DNA of 64,000 nucleotides from the human T2T-CHM13v2.0 reference genome, Homo sapiens (GCA_009914755.4 CP068257.2:40064001-40128000); one strand, 5' to 3'; numbered from the stretch's first letter, positions 1 through 14,969 are shown. A program made the numbers and translations. Notes: generated by a model from the sequence alone, not told the origin.

Positions 1-1792
1 CAGGTCTGCCTCTGCCATGGTCTCGCCTGATAAAGTGAACAGGAGGCACAAGTCCCCACTGGAACACTGGCTACCTCTGAAAGAAGGCCAGCAATCAGCC
101 GTTCCTCCTTTTCCTATCACTAAAGCTTCTCTTCCAAGGACAACACGAGGAGCTCCCTGGAAAAACCAAAGGCACCCAGACACAGTGGCTGGGAGCAGGG
201 GAGCCCCTTTAGTCTTGGTGGGTTTGGCGGGAGGAGCATTTGACGCTGCCACTTCTTCTGCCCAGTGGGTGAACCAGCGGCTGTGCTGTGGCCTGAGTCC
301 AGGCCAGAAAGATGTAGAAAGCTATGAGGGCACTAGTTGGCAAGGTCAGTGGGAAGCAGCTGGAAATGACAAGTTGGGCGCTGGGAGATTTGTTCAGAAT
401 GTGGAGACTGAGCTGTGCCAACAGAGTGCGTGTAGAGAGGTGCCTGACCACGCTGCCGCAACGGGGTCCTTCTGTATTTCATGGTGTGGCTCTAATTCTC
501 TCAGCATTTAGCAATGCATTTTTATATTCGTAATAAGACCTTTGGGCCACGGTGAGCTAAAAAATAAAATGAAAGTGCATGTGAAATAAGAAGTTAACTT
601 ATTGGATTTCTGTTCCTCCAGAAAGTTGATTATGATGTCTACTTACACAAAATGTTTGTGAACATTTACCATTTGCGGTAAATGCAGTGACATCACCAAG
701 CACATGAAAAGCAGAAGAAACAGCAGCATCAACCTCAAAAGCTGGTAACTCTTTTCAGGCAGCCAAAGACAGTGACTGACGCCTGCAGCCGTGTCACTCG
801 GGGACTTTTCTTGTAGATCAAATGTCAGTGCTCATTAATTTCCTTCTTTGTCAACTTTGAGTTTTCTTATGAATTTACTCGATGACGTGATAGCTGTTAT
901 TGTGTTACCTCCATGAGCCCAATTTCACAAGACAGTTAAGTGATATGGATGTAATATGTGTATTATCAGATGCTTCCAACAGAAAAGCTCATTCAGTTAA
1001 TTTGAATAATGACTTAATTTTTATTCAAATCATTAAATAAATGTAAAGCTTTTATTAAAAACAATTATTATTGTTTTAATTATTAGCAATTATTAAAAGC
1101 AAGTTTGCAAACAGAAAGACTATTTAAATTTCTTACCACAAAAGAAAGAGAGAAACTGAATAAAACGCATAATGTCTACCCAAATAGTGTATGAGAATAA
1201 CTTTGGAATTCTAAAATTGCTTCTTGGAGCATCTCAATTTATGAAACAGATTTTTGCTAGAGCTCATATTTTAATAGTATGTATGTTTATTATATATGAG
1301 AATGGAATGAAATTGAAAAGGCCTGTGATTTTTAGCACATAAATTTGATAAAACATTCAAAGGAATTATACATGAAAAAAGCCTATTTGACTCATTTTGC
1401 CCTATAAAGACATTTATGAAAGACTTTGGATTGAACTCAGAACACAGGACCTGTGACAATATCTGGGTGAAATATTGACCTTTTCATTAGAAAATACTGA
1501 GACTGTCTTCCCCTGAGCAGAGTCAGCTCAGATCTTACCTCTACAGCTGCTCATTCATCTGACAACCTCAGGGTCTACAGAGAAGATTCCACTTAGCTGG
1601 TCGGCAAACTCAAATTCATTAGCCACAAAAATGTCTTCTTGGAGAGGATTCCAGGCAATTTTATGAAAGATTAAAATAAGGCAATTCTGAAAATAGCACA
1701 TTCTTCTGAAAAATGCCACTAATGGCAATAGAAACAAATAAGGCTTAAAAACTGATTGAAGAATGTGAATAGGTATCAAGAAAAATTATTCA

Positions 1793-2090
1793 GGCCGGGC
1801 ACGATGGCTCACGCCTGTAATTCCAGGACTTTAGGAGGCCAAGGTGGGAGATCTCTTGAACCCAGGAGTTTGAGACCAGCCTGGGCCACATAGGGAGACA
1901 CTATCTCTATAAAAATAAAAATGAAAAAATTAGCTGGGCATAGTGGTGCATGCCTGTGGTCCCAGCTACTCGGGAGGCTGAGATGACAGAATTGCTTGAG
2001 CCTGAGAAGTCAAGGCTGCAGGGAGCTGAGATCACGCCCCTGCACTCTAGCCTGGGCGACAGAGCTGGACTATGTCTCAAAAAAAAAAAA
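1793..2090 (+). mobile_element. Alu SINE, full length, with poly-A tail
   Basis: Begins GGCCGGGCACGATGGCTCACGCCTGTAAT. Both monomers and the A-rich linker are present. Ends CTGGGCGACAGAGC plus A13. Confidence 0.9.
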
Positions 2091-2868
2091 TAATAATAAT
2101 TATGCTTGTAATTGCTTTTTAATATCCAGATAATCAATACAACAAAGAAGGCATTTGTTTTTTGCTTTAATGTAAACATATGTTATTTTTTACTTTTTGA
2201 AAGAGCATTTAATTTTTTCTCTCCAATTACAATTTTCACTTTACTAGAAACAAAAATTACACACCCCTAGAGTATTTTCCCCTTGTCCTTATATACCAAG
2301 ATATTTCAGTGGAAATTTATTTTTCTTCAGCTTCATTGAGTTATAATTTATATCCAACAAAATCCACCTATTTTAATTTAGCAATTGGTAGCTGTAGTGT
2401 AACCATCACCACAATCAAGAAATAGAACATTTTCATCACTCTAAAAAGTTTTCTTTTGACCCTCCCCTGAGCCCTGACCCCAATTACTAATAATCTCGAA
2501 AGCATCGAAAGCATCTTTTAAACAACGTAATTGAGGTATAATTGCCATATAATAAACTATACATGTTTAAAGTGTGCAACTCACATGTGTTGACACATGT
2601 GCAAGTCTTGAACATGTGCTCAAGATGTTCAGCATCAACAACAAGATAGTCAGCATATGCCTCCTTCCATTGTGTGGTTATACTGCAGTTCCTTTATCCA
2701 TCTCACCCATTGATGGACATTTGGGTTTTTTCTATTTGTAGCTATTACAAATAAAGCTGCTATGACTTTTGCTTATTTATGCAAAAGTCTTCACTTGGGC
2801 ACAGACTTTTCTCTTGGATAAATACCTCGGAGCAGAACAATGGGGTCATGTGGTAGCTGTGTGTTTAA

Positions 2869-3048
<180 letters not shown>

Positions 3049-3206
3049 TAAAGCGGTTGTACCATTTTACATTCCTAACCACAGGGTGTGAGAGTTCTGG
3101 TCTCTACACATCCTCGCCAACACTTGGTGTGGGAGCTCTTCTTGCAGTTATTCTAAGCTGCTTGTAGTAATAGCCACTGTAGTCTTAATTTGTGTTTCCT
3201 TAATGA

Positions 3207-3599
<393 letters not shown>

Positions 3600-3843
3600 T
3601 AAAAAATTAGGTTCTTTGTTTTCTTACTGTTGAGTTTCAAGCAATCTTTATCTATATGGCTACAAGTCATTTATCAGATGGGTGATTTGCAAGTATTTTC
3701 TCCTGTGGTTTGTCTTTTCATTCATTTATCAATGTCTTTCAAAAGCAGAAGAACCTCTTCACTTTGACAAAGTCCAATTTATGGTTTTAGTTTTTGTTTT
3801 TAAACATCGAATACTTTTGATGTTGTCTCTAAGAAATCTTTGC

Positions 3844-4000
3844 TGGCCGGGTACCATGGCTCACGTCTAGAATCCCAACACTTTGGGAGGCCGAGGCAGG
3901 AGGATGGCTTGAGCCCAAGAATACCAGCCTGGGCAAAAGGGCGAAACCCCATCTCTACAAAAAATACAAAAGAAATTAGCTCGGTGTGGTGGCAAGACCA
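3844..4000 (+). mobile_element. Alu fragment: left monomer plus part of the right
   Basis: GGCCGGGTACCATGGCTCACGTCTAGAATCCCAACACTTTGGGAGGCCGAGGCAGGAGGATGGCTTGAGCCCAAGAATACCAGCCTGGGCAAAAGGGCGAAACCCCATCTCTACAAAAAATACAAAAGAAATTAGC. Similarity is lost after GTGGTGGCA. Confidence 0.7.
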
Positions 4001-5049
4001 TGAGGGAGGGGCCGTAGGGAGACGCAGGGGCATAATGGCAAGTGGTTAATTCTAGCAGCCTAAGAGGTAAAGTAAACAGGAAACCGTTGAGGTGGTGTTC
4101 AGGGCCACAGGAGAGACTGGAACACTGGCCAAATGCTTGGCTCTGTTAGAGTGAGCAGAATAAAAGCAGGCCGGAAAAAGCAAGTCAGAACTTTGGCGAT
4201 TTCTGTCACTATCAGGAGGCACTGGACTGCAAGTCACAGAATAAACTCATCCACCGTGACTTAAACACGTAGGGACTGTCCTTCTCCCATCACAAGAAGA
4301 CTAGAGCCATGTCTCTGCTGGGGGCTTCTGAGGTTCACGTTGTCAGAGCCAGGATGTCAGCAGTTCTTGGATCTTTTGTCAAGGCCATCTCTGAGTCACC
4401 TCTGTCTGCAGGGGACTGTGGGATGGTGAGTGTTTAGCTCTCCATCCTCTGGATGGAAGCAGGCAGGGGAGAAGAAGGTTGGGGAGGGTGCTGGGTTAGC
4501 CACCCATGTCCACCCTGAGCATGCTGGGGGCCAGGCACGCAGCTTCTGCAAGACAAGCGTGGTCCCGAGCCCACCTGGAAATCTGGGAGCTGGCAAGTGT
4601 TCCCTGAATTCCTGCCTCCCTGCTTCTCCATCGGCAGCATTGCTCACCGCATTCTTGTTGTAACCTGTCTCGGCTGTGAGCTCTGGGCGTTTGCTTCCTT
4701 CCTGGGTAGCTGCCAGTCTGAATTATTTATGAACCTAAGGTACACACTGATGGCATTCCAACAAAGGCCACCAAAGGGAGCAGCCTGTCTGTAACCCTGA
4801 AGCTTAGCACACAGCGAAAAGGACTCAGATAAAACTGTAAGCTTCCTCTGCAGGGAAGAGGAAGGACTGGACTTCTCCAGGGCAGGCGGAGGCACCAGAA
4901 GCAAACCTGTTCCTGCTTCCCTCCGTTTTCCAGGTGCCTTAGGGTGACTGCGGTAACTGGGAGCTGAGCACTGATGGGCAATGGGGCAAGAACTGGGCCA
5001 TGTGCCTCGGGGTCCCAGCACACAGGCCAGCCCCTGAGGGTAGGAACGA

Positions 5050-5210
5050 GAGCCCAGACTCTGGAGGCAGGCAGACCAGGGTTTATGCCCTGGCAATTCC
5101 TGATGGGGCCGAGGATCTTCACCTCTTTGTGCTTCAGTTTCTCTATCTGGCCAGTGGGGTTGCTGTGAGGATTAAATGCAGCCGTCCCTGTGTGGTAGAT
5201 TGTTTGCAAC
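5050..5210 (+). mobile_element. MIR SINE core fragment
   Basis: CTTCAGTTTCTCTATCTGGCCAGTGGGGTTGCTGTGAGGATTAAATG matches the MIR core CAGTTTCCTCATCTGTAAAATGGGG...TTGTGAGGATTAAATGA. Confidence 0.5.
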
Positions 5211-5907
5211 AACAACAAAAAAATGGCCACAATTGTTCCACTCCCTGAGTTCACACCCCCTTGCAATGTGACTTAACAGCAACTCTCACGGAGAGGCGGA
5301 GTCTCTTCCACACCCTGGAATCTGGGCGGGCCTGTGACTCACGATGGCCAATAGAATGCCCTGCAAGTGACGTCATGCCCTTCCGAGCCTTGCAGCTTCT
5401 GCTGGTGGGAAGGCCGATGGCAGAGCCCAGGGAAGTTATGTAACGGGCCCAGCTAATGAGTGGCAGAGGCCAGAGGGCTTGGCCTGCAGAACTGTCTAAG
5501 GCCAGAGGCCGTCCATACACTCCGTCTCCTGAAGGGGAAGCGGGCTCTTCTCAGATGCACAGGGACAATGTGAAAATCCTGTCCTCAGATTGAGAGGCTG
5601 TTTCGTGGGCACCGAATTCGGGGTCAGGAAAGCAGCCTGCATCCACGAGTATCCTCGGGTTACTAAGTGGGGCCAGTGGCTCCAGGTGTAACCCATTTAA
5701 GTTTGCCAGACAGCCGGGATGTAAGGAATGCCCTAATGATTCCCCTTTCCCCCCCACGGAAAGTGGGCAGTGGGGTCTGGGAAGGGGTTTGGGAAGGGGT
5801 CTGGGGAGTGGGATGAGGTTGGGACTAACTCTTGTTGGCTTTCCTTACAGAAGGGGTAGCTGGAGTGTTTCAGGTCTATTTGCTTGTTTTGTGTTTTTCA
5901 ATTTCGG

Positions 5908-6288
<381 letters not shown>

Positions 6289-9200
6289 TGCTTGCTTGTT
6301 TTTAATATATCCTTGCTCCCTGTCTTTCACAAAAGATGCTTTTTGCGGGCAGCTGATGTTCTGTAACTTCTTGTGAGTCTACCGCAAGCATGCCTGTGTA
6401 TGTGGGAGGAGGAGGTGAAAACGGCCCAGCAGCTTCCCCTGTGATCACAGAATGGGCACCAAACTCTCCATCGGGAAAAACAGCCCTGGGGACTCCACCT
6501 TGAGCTTATGCATTGGGGCTTGGGGCCACCAGATAGTTCTATTTTGTTTTTAAAATCAGCCAATGGCCAAAATGCCAAAGCAAAGACAAAAGGTCCCCAA
6601 AGCTGCCATTGCTCATCTCCTATTAGTCTTTAAATCTGGAAAAAAAAAAAAACAAAACAAACAAAAACCACGGGAATAAAGCATACACGGAAGTGTTGGC
6701 AGCTTGCACACTCAGCCATGAGATCCCAACCTGAAACACCCATGTCTGTCCCAACGGATTTAGCCTCCTTTAACCAGGGCCTCCCGGAGATCTAGGTTTG
6801 CAAACTCCTTGGAGCCCTCCTGGCCCTGGATTCAGCAGCCTCTCCATAGTTCTGGCCTCTGGTATTTGGCAAAAAGCCTAAAACAAAACAAACAAACAAA
6901 CAAACCTGCTCTGCAACTGCCCAGAGACAAAAGCTGTTTCGCTGTGAGTCTCAGGCTGCTCTGCGTAGCTCTGAAAGGGCAGGTGACAGTCTTTGTTTTT
7001 AGCATAGTTGCATGTTTCCAGCACAATCTCGTCAATGGCTTATGTGGTAAGTAGGTGCTCAACAAAGGTGTCAGTTAACTGAAGAACCCCCTGGACCAGT
7101 GTGAGAATCTCCAGGAGAGCTCCCTAAGGCACAGATGGCTGAGCCTTGCCCTAGATTCCGTGGGTCTGGAGAAGGGCCCTGGAATGTGCATTTGTCACAA
7201 GTTCCAGGTGATGCTGGTGCCGCTGGCTGGGGACCCCACTTTGCGAACCGCAGGCAGAGTGGATAGAAGCCTGTCTCCAGTGCCAGACGGCCCGGCTCCA
7301 CAGGACAGCTCTGTAGTACTCAACTTCCTCCTGCCTCGATTTCCTCATCAGTAAAATTGAGGGAATTATAATGCACACGCCGCCTGGTAAATGACGCATA
7401 AATGTTATTTAAAACATAAGGAAGCACACAGAAAAGAGAGAACAAAAGTGAAACTCCCCACCGCTCTGTTTCCCTCCTTTCCCTTCCGCCTCCTCGCCCT
7501 GAGCTGGAACGAGGGGGACGTGGAACCCTGGCTCCATGCTAAGACCCCGCTGTGGGCAACCGGCCCTGACCCCCCAAAATAAGCAAATCGCAAGGTCAAA
7601 TTTAGACTCCCAGGCCCCAGGGCTCCAATGGCTCCAATCCCCTGGACTCACAGAACCCGAAGAGCCAGTTCCTCTGGGCACAGAACAACACGCGTTGGGC
7701 ACTGACAGGAAGGGAAAGAAAACAGCCTGCGGAGGTATTTCCAGCGTGCCCAGGGCAGCTGGGAGGAGGCTCCACGGCGCCCGGTTCTTCTGTTGGCAGA
7801 AGGGTCCAGAATCCCACATCTGTACCTTCCCCGCTGTCACGCGCTTATGCCAGGAACAGCCTGAGCAGGGTGGCCCTCCGGGGTTCCTGGGAGGCAGGGC
7901 TAAGGACCCATGGCAGGCCTGGGTGAGCCGCCTGCACGCACTCTGCTCACTCGTGACTCCCCTGCAGAAGCACAGCCTTTCCCGTGCTCCTCAGTTTACC
8001 TCCGTTTGCACTAACACGAGGCGGGGGACAAGAACTTTCCTGTACCTCCTTCGCTGGCTCTCTCTCACACAACCCCCACCAGGGCAGCTGAAGAACTCTC
8101 AGAACATGAATCAGACCCCAGAGCCACCTTCACATGGTTCAGTGCCCACAAGACACCTCGAGGGCTGCTCGTGAATTAGTCGGGGTCCCTCACCTCATCC
8201 CACACCCCTGTTCCCGCCACCTCCCACAGCTGGGGCCCCCAGACATCATCAGCACAGTCACTGCTGCCAGCCTTGACACCTGCTGTTCCCTCATCCGGGA
8301 AAGCCCTTCTGCACCTGGACCCCTGGGGAGCCCCCAGCACCAGACTCTGGGGCACCTGGACCCCTGCAGGGCCCCCAGCGCCAGCCTCTGGGACAGCCTC
8401 TGCCGGTCAGTGGCTTCTCTCTGGTCTCCCGCCATGTGCTGTGTCCGTGGCTGTCTACAGAAGTAGACACAATCTCCGGCCACCTCAGTTTTCTCAGTAC
8501 CCCGATCACAATGTAGAAATGACCTGCTTTGTGTCTGGCCCTCACCAGACTCCGAGCCCCTCGGAGCAGGGTCAGTGCCTCCACGGTGAGCCTTCTATTC
8601 CCCGCTCTGGCAGGCCCAGAAACTCCAGCCTCATGCAATTTGAGCACCTCACCGACGCAGCGCTCCAGGGCACGGGCTCTGGGCCCCAACTACCTTGGCC
8701 CAAGCTCCAGCCTCGCCGAGCAGCTGAGGCAAGTCCTTTCACCTCGTGGTGCCTCTGATTCCTTATCTGCAAAATGGGTACAACCTCTGACTCAGAAGGC
8801 TGAGAGGTTTTGTAGGTCTCTCACCCTGCCTGGCACGGGCACACCCATGAGGCTGAGGCACAAACCAGAAAATCTGCTTCTCCTGGGTGAGAAGAATGAA
8901 TGTCAGGCAGCCCAGAGAGTGACCCGCACAGCATCTTGGCCTGCAGACAGGCGGATTATCAGAAGGAAGCAGGGAGGCCGCACTGGGACGGAGAGGCAGG
9001 GGCGCTGGGATGGAGAGGCGGCAGCTGTCAAGGCTCACCGTTCCCGCGCCATCACTTTCTGCTTCTGCTCTGAGATGTTCCGCCTCCCACCGTCTCACTG
9101 GAGGCCTCCAGACCTGCTCTCCTCAGCTGGACCGCTCTTCCCTGAACAGGATTCCCCCCCAGCACACACGCCCAGGCCTGGCACATCCAGGCTTCCCCAG

Positions 9201-9589
9201 AGGCAGAGCCAGCCAGCCCATGTACAGGGCCTGACCTCTGCCCAGACATGTGTAGGTTTTGTAGCTTGACTTTCTGAAAGCAATGGTATTCTCCACTTTT
9301 CTTCTCGGTGGCCAGGGGTGGGGTGGGGAGTCCCCTCACTGTCACCATCTCGTCCCCTGTGCTATCTTCAGAAGGCATCCAACACTTGCGAGTGTTTTAA
9401 ATAAAAAACCAGGTCCACCCACTGCAGACAAGCAGTTTAGACAGAGGCTGTCCTCACCCACCTGCTCACCGAGGTATCAGACAATGCCCTGTGGCCCCCA
9501 CAGGGTGCTGACCGTGTTAATTTCATCCATTTTCTTAAGGCTCCAGAAATGGATTTGGGAGCTGAGATCAGTCAAAAGGCATGTATCTA

Positions 9590-9690
9590 ACATACACACA
9601 ACCACACACACACTCATTCATGCATACACAGACACACACATAGGTACACACGTGCACACACACACGCACACACGTCACAGACCCAAACAA
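9590..9690. repeat. Imperfect CA-rich microsatellite
   Basis: CATACACACAACCACACACACACTCATTCATGCATACACAGACACACACATAGGTACACACGTGCACACACACACGCACACACG. Confidence 0.6.
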
Positions 9691-11059
9691 TAAAGACACA
9701 GATTTGTTTGGTTTCTTACATCATTTTTGCTTCAGGTTTTCACACAATAAAGGCTATGTTAAGCTGAAAAAAATAAGATTAAAGGTAACCTACTGGTCTT
9801 TACGTGTGTGTGTGTTCATAAACACAAGTGCATGTGTGAGCACCTCTACTCAGAAACCCACTGAAAATAAAGAAAATAATGATAGAAGAAATCAATGACT
9901 CTCTAGCTGTAGCTCTGAGGGCAGTTCAGAAAAATGATCTTCACCTGCCGCAGAGTAGAGCTGGAGGCTGCATAGGAGACGTCATTCCCAGCATCCGATT
10001 TCTAAGACATGAGCCCACATAGGACTCCTGTGCACACTTCGGCCTTGTGAGAATCAGCATGAGGGCCTCCCCAGCACAGGTGCTGCTCCCATGGGGAAGA
10101 AGCTTCCTCCCCGAGGCTGAAGAAGGGGCCCACAGCCTCCGGTAGCGGCCAGCTGCAGATGTCTGCAAAAGCAGCGCCCACTTGGGCCTGCCGACCTTGA
10201 AGTCAGACAGGCCAGTGACACTAGTCAGTCATCACTGGCCATATTGACTTGGGCCAGTCTCCAAATTTCCCACAGCTGTAGTTTTCTCACCTTGACAAAG
10301 CTATTTCATCACCTCGCTGCTGTTTTGGAGCTGGGGTGACAGCAGCCGGTTGTTGAAATGGCTGCGCAGATGGAAACCATGTTGGTCAAGCCCTGACTTT
10401 ATAAAAGGTGTTAAACAAGTGTGCAATGAATGGTAGCTATCATTAGTTTGTAACAAGGGGAAATACATCATCCGAGGGAGGCAGGATGTGCTGCGTGGAA
10501 AAGGCACCACCTTCCAGTAGGAAAATGTACCTTGAAAAGGCCCCCTGAGGACAGGGGTGTCCGTAACAAGACGGGCTGGGGTGCTACGGGCAGGGAGAGA
10601 CTAGGTTATTTTTTGTTCTGCAGGAGAGGGGGTTGATATGAGGGGAGGGAGGAGGGAGAGAAACGGGAGGAGGGAGAGGAGCCAGGAGAGGTGGGTGGGG
10701 CGGGAGCTGGAGATACGAAATTCCTCCACTGTGAGTAACCAGAGGACCCAGCAAACACGACCTCGACCAGGCAGTGGGTGTGAGAGTTTTCTTTTAACAC
10801 AGACGAGTACAAACAAGGAAACACAAAATCTCTCCCCGTGGATAACTCCTGGAGACATTGCGAAAAACAAAGACCTGTACTGGAAGAAAATCCAAACAGT
10901 ACAGGAAGGTACAAAATGAAAACAGAGCCTCTCCCAGCCCCACCTCCACAAAATGTTTTCCCAAATATCTTCTGTTCCCGAGATGGCCCCGGGGCAGGGA
11001 GAACGGACCTGACTTCCTGCCCCTGGGACTGCAGGAGCGGCTGCAGCTGCTGAATCCAT

Positions 11060-11480
11060 GGCTATGGATTTAGTGGCTTAAAACCACAGAAATGTATTAT
11101 CTTATAGTCCTAGAGCCCAGAATTCTGAAATGAGTCTTAGGTGTGAAACGTGAAAACCGAGTTGTAGGCAGCACCCTCGGAGGCTCTGGGAGGATCCTAC
11201 CTGCCTCTCCCAGCTTGCGGCAGCTGCGGGGGTCCCTGGGCCTGTGGCTGCATCGCTCCCATCTCTGCCTCGTGGTCGCACGGCCTCCTCCTCGTTTGTA
11301 TTCAAACCTCCCTCCATCTCCCTCTTGTAAGGACCCTTGTGATGGCATTTAGGGACCGCCAGATCATAGACGGTCATCTCCCCCTTCTCCCCCTTGCAAC
11401 ATCCTTCCTTACATCTGCAAAGTCCTTTTCACCAGGTAAGGTCACATTCACCGGTCCTGGGGTTAGGATGAGGCTCTCTT
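11060..11480 (-). mobile_element. MaLR-type (MLT1-like) LTR remnant
   Basis: GGCTTAAAACCACAGAAATGTATTATCTTATAGTCCTAGAGCCCAGAATTCTGAAATGAG ... CTCTTGTAAGGACCCTTGTGATGGCATTTAGGG ... ACATCTGCAAAGTCCTTTTCACCAGGTAAGGTCACATTCACCGGTCCTGGGGTTAGGAT. These match reverse-complement MLT1-family LTR motifs. Confidence 0.5.
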
Positions 11481-12807
11481 TGGAGGCCATTATTCAGCCA
11501 ACCACAGGGACTTGAGCCTGAGTCTGGCTGGAGGAGCTGGTTAAGGGGGCCCACACCCAGCTCTGCCTTCAGTTCTGACCTGCTTTCTTCTTAGGGAGCC
11601 CTTGTCTTGTACACGATCCAGCATCTGACCCCACCTTGTCCCCAGCGCCTGTCACCCTGCTGGGAACCCCTGTTTTTCCAGACCTGGAACTTCTGTTTCT
11701 CCAATACTCGTTGCACACTCCAGACCTCTCTAGGAATTGGAAGCTGCTCCTGAGCCCCAGGCCCGTGGTGTTCCCCCATATCTAGCCCACCTCCCAAATG
11801 ACAACTCCCTGCCACCCTTGCAGGGACCCCTCCCCAGCCTCCTCCTGCCTCCTAGCTGGGCCTGCCTCCTGCTGTGCTGAGCAGCCAGGACATCCCCTGA
11901 CACCACTCCTGGACCCCACCTTGCCAACCACAGGCTGCTCCTGGGTCTTCCTGTCTCCTGCATCTGGGAACACCCCCACCCACACCTGGCTTCGGTGGAA
12001 CAGTCCTGGCGGTGCTGCTGCTGGGAGAGGGAGGGGAGGCAGCGATGGAGACAAAGGGAAACTCAAGGGCAGCTCACAGGCCAGGAAGATTCAGGGACTC
12101 AGAGGTGGGGGGCCTGAACTGGTGCCCCTGGCCTCCTACCCCACTATCCTCCTGTCAACAGGGTACGAGCCTCTCCCTGCTCAAGACAGGTGACCTCCAC
12201 AGTGAGGTGTCCATGCCTATGGTCATGGTCACCAGCTGACACCCTCAGAAAGTCACCCTCAGGGTGCAGAGCACGGGGCCTGGGGTAACTGCCTGGCTCC
12301 GCTCCCTGGTCTGGAATCAGCAGTGTGGGGCAGGTGGGCAGTGGGGTATGGACTTGAAACTGCTTTCCCAGTGCAGAGCTGCTTTCAAGGCCCTCACTCT
12401 TAGCTTGAACAGCAACCATGACTGTTTCCCAAAAGGGAAGGAAAAATGTCTTTGCTGCTATCAATAGCCAAATGGATCACGAATCCCTGGGTCCTGGTGT
12501 TTGCACATCATGTCATCTCAAGGACCAAGCCACGTGGCCATTCTTGGGATAACATTGGGTTTTTTCTACTCCAAAGGGGTAGATCCGTTTGTTATACTTT
12601 GCATTTTGTAGCTTACTGAATGCTTGCTACAGGCAAGCCCTCGGGTAGTGCAGGAGGGGCTGGGAACTCCTCAAGGGCAGGGAGCAGGGCTTTTTGCTCT
12701 AATTGCCTAGTGTCTAACACACTGTCTGATAAATGGTGAATGGAAAAAGGGAGGAAGGAAGGAAAACAGCACTCTAAGTTTCAAGGAACTTAAAACCTCT
12801 TGCTAGG

Positions 12808-13162
12808 GTTGAAATGGTTGTGCCCCCCTCAAAGCGATATATTGAAGCCTAACCTCCGATCTGCTGATATTAGGAGGCAGGGCCTTTGGGAGGTGGTCGG
12901 CTCTTGAGGGTGGAGCCCTCATGAATGGGACAAGCGCCCCTATAATGAGATGAAAAGATCAGATTTCTCCCCTCCCCCCGAGTGAGGACACAGCGAGAAA
13001 GTGCGCTCTTTGAACCAGAAAGCCCTCACCAGACGCCGAATCTGCTGGTGCCTTGACCTTGGACTTTCAGCCTCCAGAAATGTGAGAAACAAATGTCTGT
13101 TGTTTATAAGCCCTTCCAGCCTATGGGATTTTGTTCTAGCAGCGTAAGTGGACTAAGACACC
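12808..13162 (+). mobile_element. MaLR-type (MLT1-like) solitary LTR
   Basis: GATATTAGGAGGCAGGGCCTTTGGGAGGTGGTCGGCTCTTGAGGGTGGAGCCCTCATGAATGGGA ... GACTTTCAGCCTCCAGAAATGTGAGAAACAAATGTCTGTTGTTTATAAGCCCTTCCAGCCTATGGGATTTTGTTCTAGCAGCGTAAGTGGACTAAGACA is the classic MLT1 LTR terminus. Confidence 0.65.
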
Positions 13163-13589
13163 TATGAAGGACATTACACATTTTACAAGTGGACAATGAA
13201 TTGACAATTGTCACAAGGCTTGAGCTATTCATATGGGCTTCCTACCCAACTCTGGCTGAATCCAATGTCCTCAAGCTTCTCTTATTCCATTCTGCCTCTC
13301 TCAGGGTGTTCTCCTCTGCCAAAGTGGGGGGACCCTCTTCTGATGTTTACGCGAGTCTCAAGTCCCCAGGGATTCATCTCACTGTGATTTAGCCAGGGCC
13401 TTGTTGCTTCTTCGGGAATCAGATGGCTGGACCACGAAAGCCCAGCGCCTTTCCTATCCTGAAAGAAGCTCCGGGGAAACCTTATTCAATACGTGGAGTT
13501 AGGGAGCTGCATCCTTAGCATGAATTCAGGAGGTATCTTTTCTGTTTGAGATCAGGCGTCAAAAGCCATCATGCCACATTGCTTAAAAA

Positions 13590-13760
13590 CCTGGCCCCTG
13601 GAACCGGAACACCTGGGTTCAAATCCTGCCTGTGCCTCATGTCCTTGGGCAACTTTCCTAGCGCTTTATATGTCAGTTTCCTCATCTGCAAAATGGGGAC
13701 CACAGAAGCTCCTCACCAGGGGCTGCCGTGAGAATCAATGGGGCTGGTGTGTGACGATCA
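13590..13760 (+). mobile_element. MIR SINE
   Basis: ACCTGGGTTCAAATCCTGCCTGTGCCTCATGTCCTTGGGCAACTTTCCTAGCGCTTTATATGTCAGTTTCCTCATCTGCAAAATGGGGACCACA...GAGAATCAATG matches the MIR consensus. Confidence 0.65.
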
Positions 13761-14685
13761 GGTGACCAGGGCACCTTGGTTGGTTTGACTCACTGTGAGC
13801 CCCACCCACAGCACTGCACAAGCCCTCTCAGCACTTAGGGTCAGAGAAGTTCAAAATTTTTGAATTTCAGGAAAGTAAAATGGTGCATGTACCGAACAAT
13901 CCCCAAACCCGATGGTGGGATCTATTAATATTTAAGGGCAACACTCTTCATATTTCTGTGACACAGCACAGTCTCCACACCCTGAGCAGGATCATTAAAT
14001 GCATTTTTATAGTCAGTTCAGGTCAGAAACTGCTACTGCATGAGTCACATATCAGATCAGATTTTGCCATCAAATGAATTACAGAACAGGCTTTTCTGTG
14101 TATTTTAGACTTCAGAATTGAGGACAAGAGGTTTTTATCTGGTCTTACAAATGCCAGTGCAGTCAGGGCCCAGGACATGGGGTCCATGAGTGAGGGGTCC
14201 TGGGGCTGTGAGAGATGGAGCCCACAGAGGGCACAGTGAGTTCGACTCCAGCGGAAGGAGACTCCTGGGCAAGAACGTCCAATGCCGCAGGACGTCAAGG
14301 TTTAGGTGAAGTCTCCTGGTTCATAAATGTTGTAAGATGACAAAATTTAAAGCGAGGGTTGGCAAGCCAAGAAAAGCTGACTTGTAATGTTGTCCAGCCC
14401 ATCGGGAACTCCAGGTGGACAAAGAGAGTGTGGTACCCGGGTGGCCGCCAGGCCCTCCCTGGATTGTCCTGCCTTTCCCGGGCTCTGCCTCACTCACTCT
14501 CCCTTTTCAAAGGTTCTGGTGAAGGATCTGAAGTGTATGGCCACACCAGTCCCAGAAGAGCCTGGGAGAAGGGAAGATGGTGAACACAGTGGAGTTCTGC
14601 TGCAAAGCCGAAGATGGTTCTGGCACGTGGCATGACCCACATGACTCAACATCAGGAGGTAGAGCCTTAAAAATAACTCAAATAA

Positions 14686-14969
<284 letters not shown>

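Noticed and set aside
8529-9269. 246-aa ORF and neighbouring 100-200-aa ORFs on both strands in the GC-rich stretch 7.4-9.3 kb
   Set aside because: The ORFs are Pro/Arg/Ser/Ala-rich and overlap in multiple frames and on both strands. No single frame stands out and no splice or Kozak context is seen. This is typical open-frame noise of GC-rich non-coding DNA.
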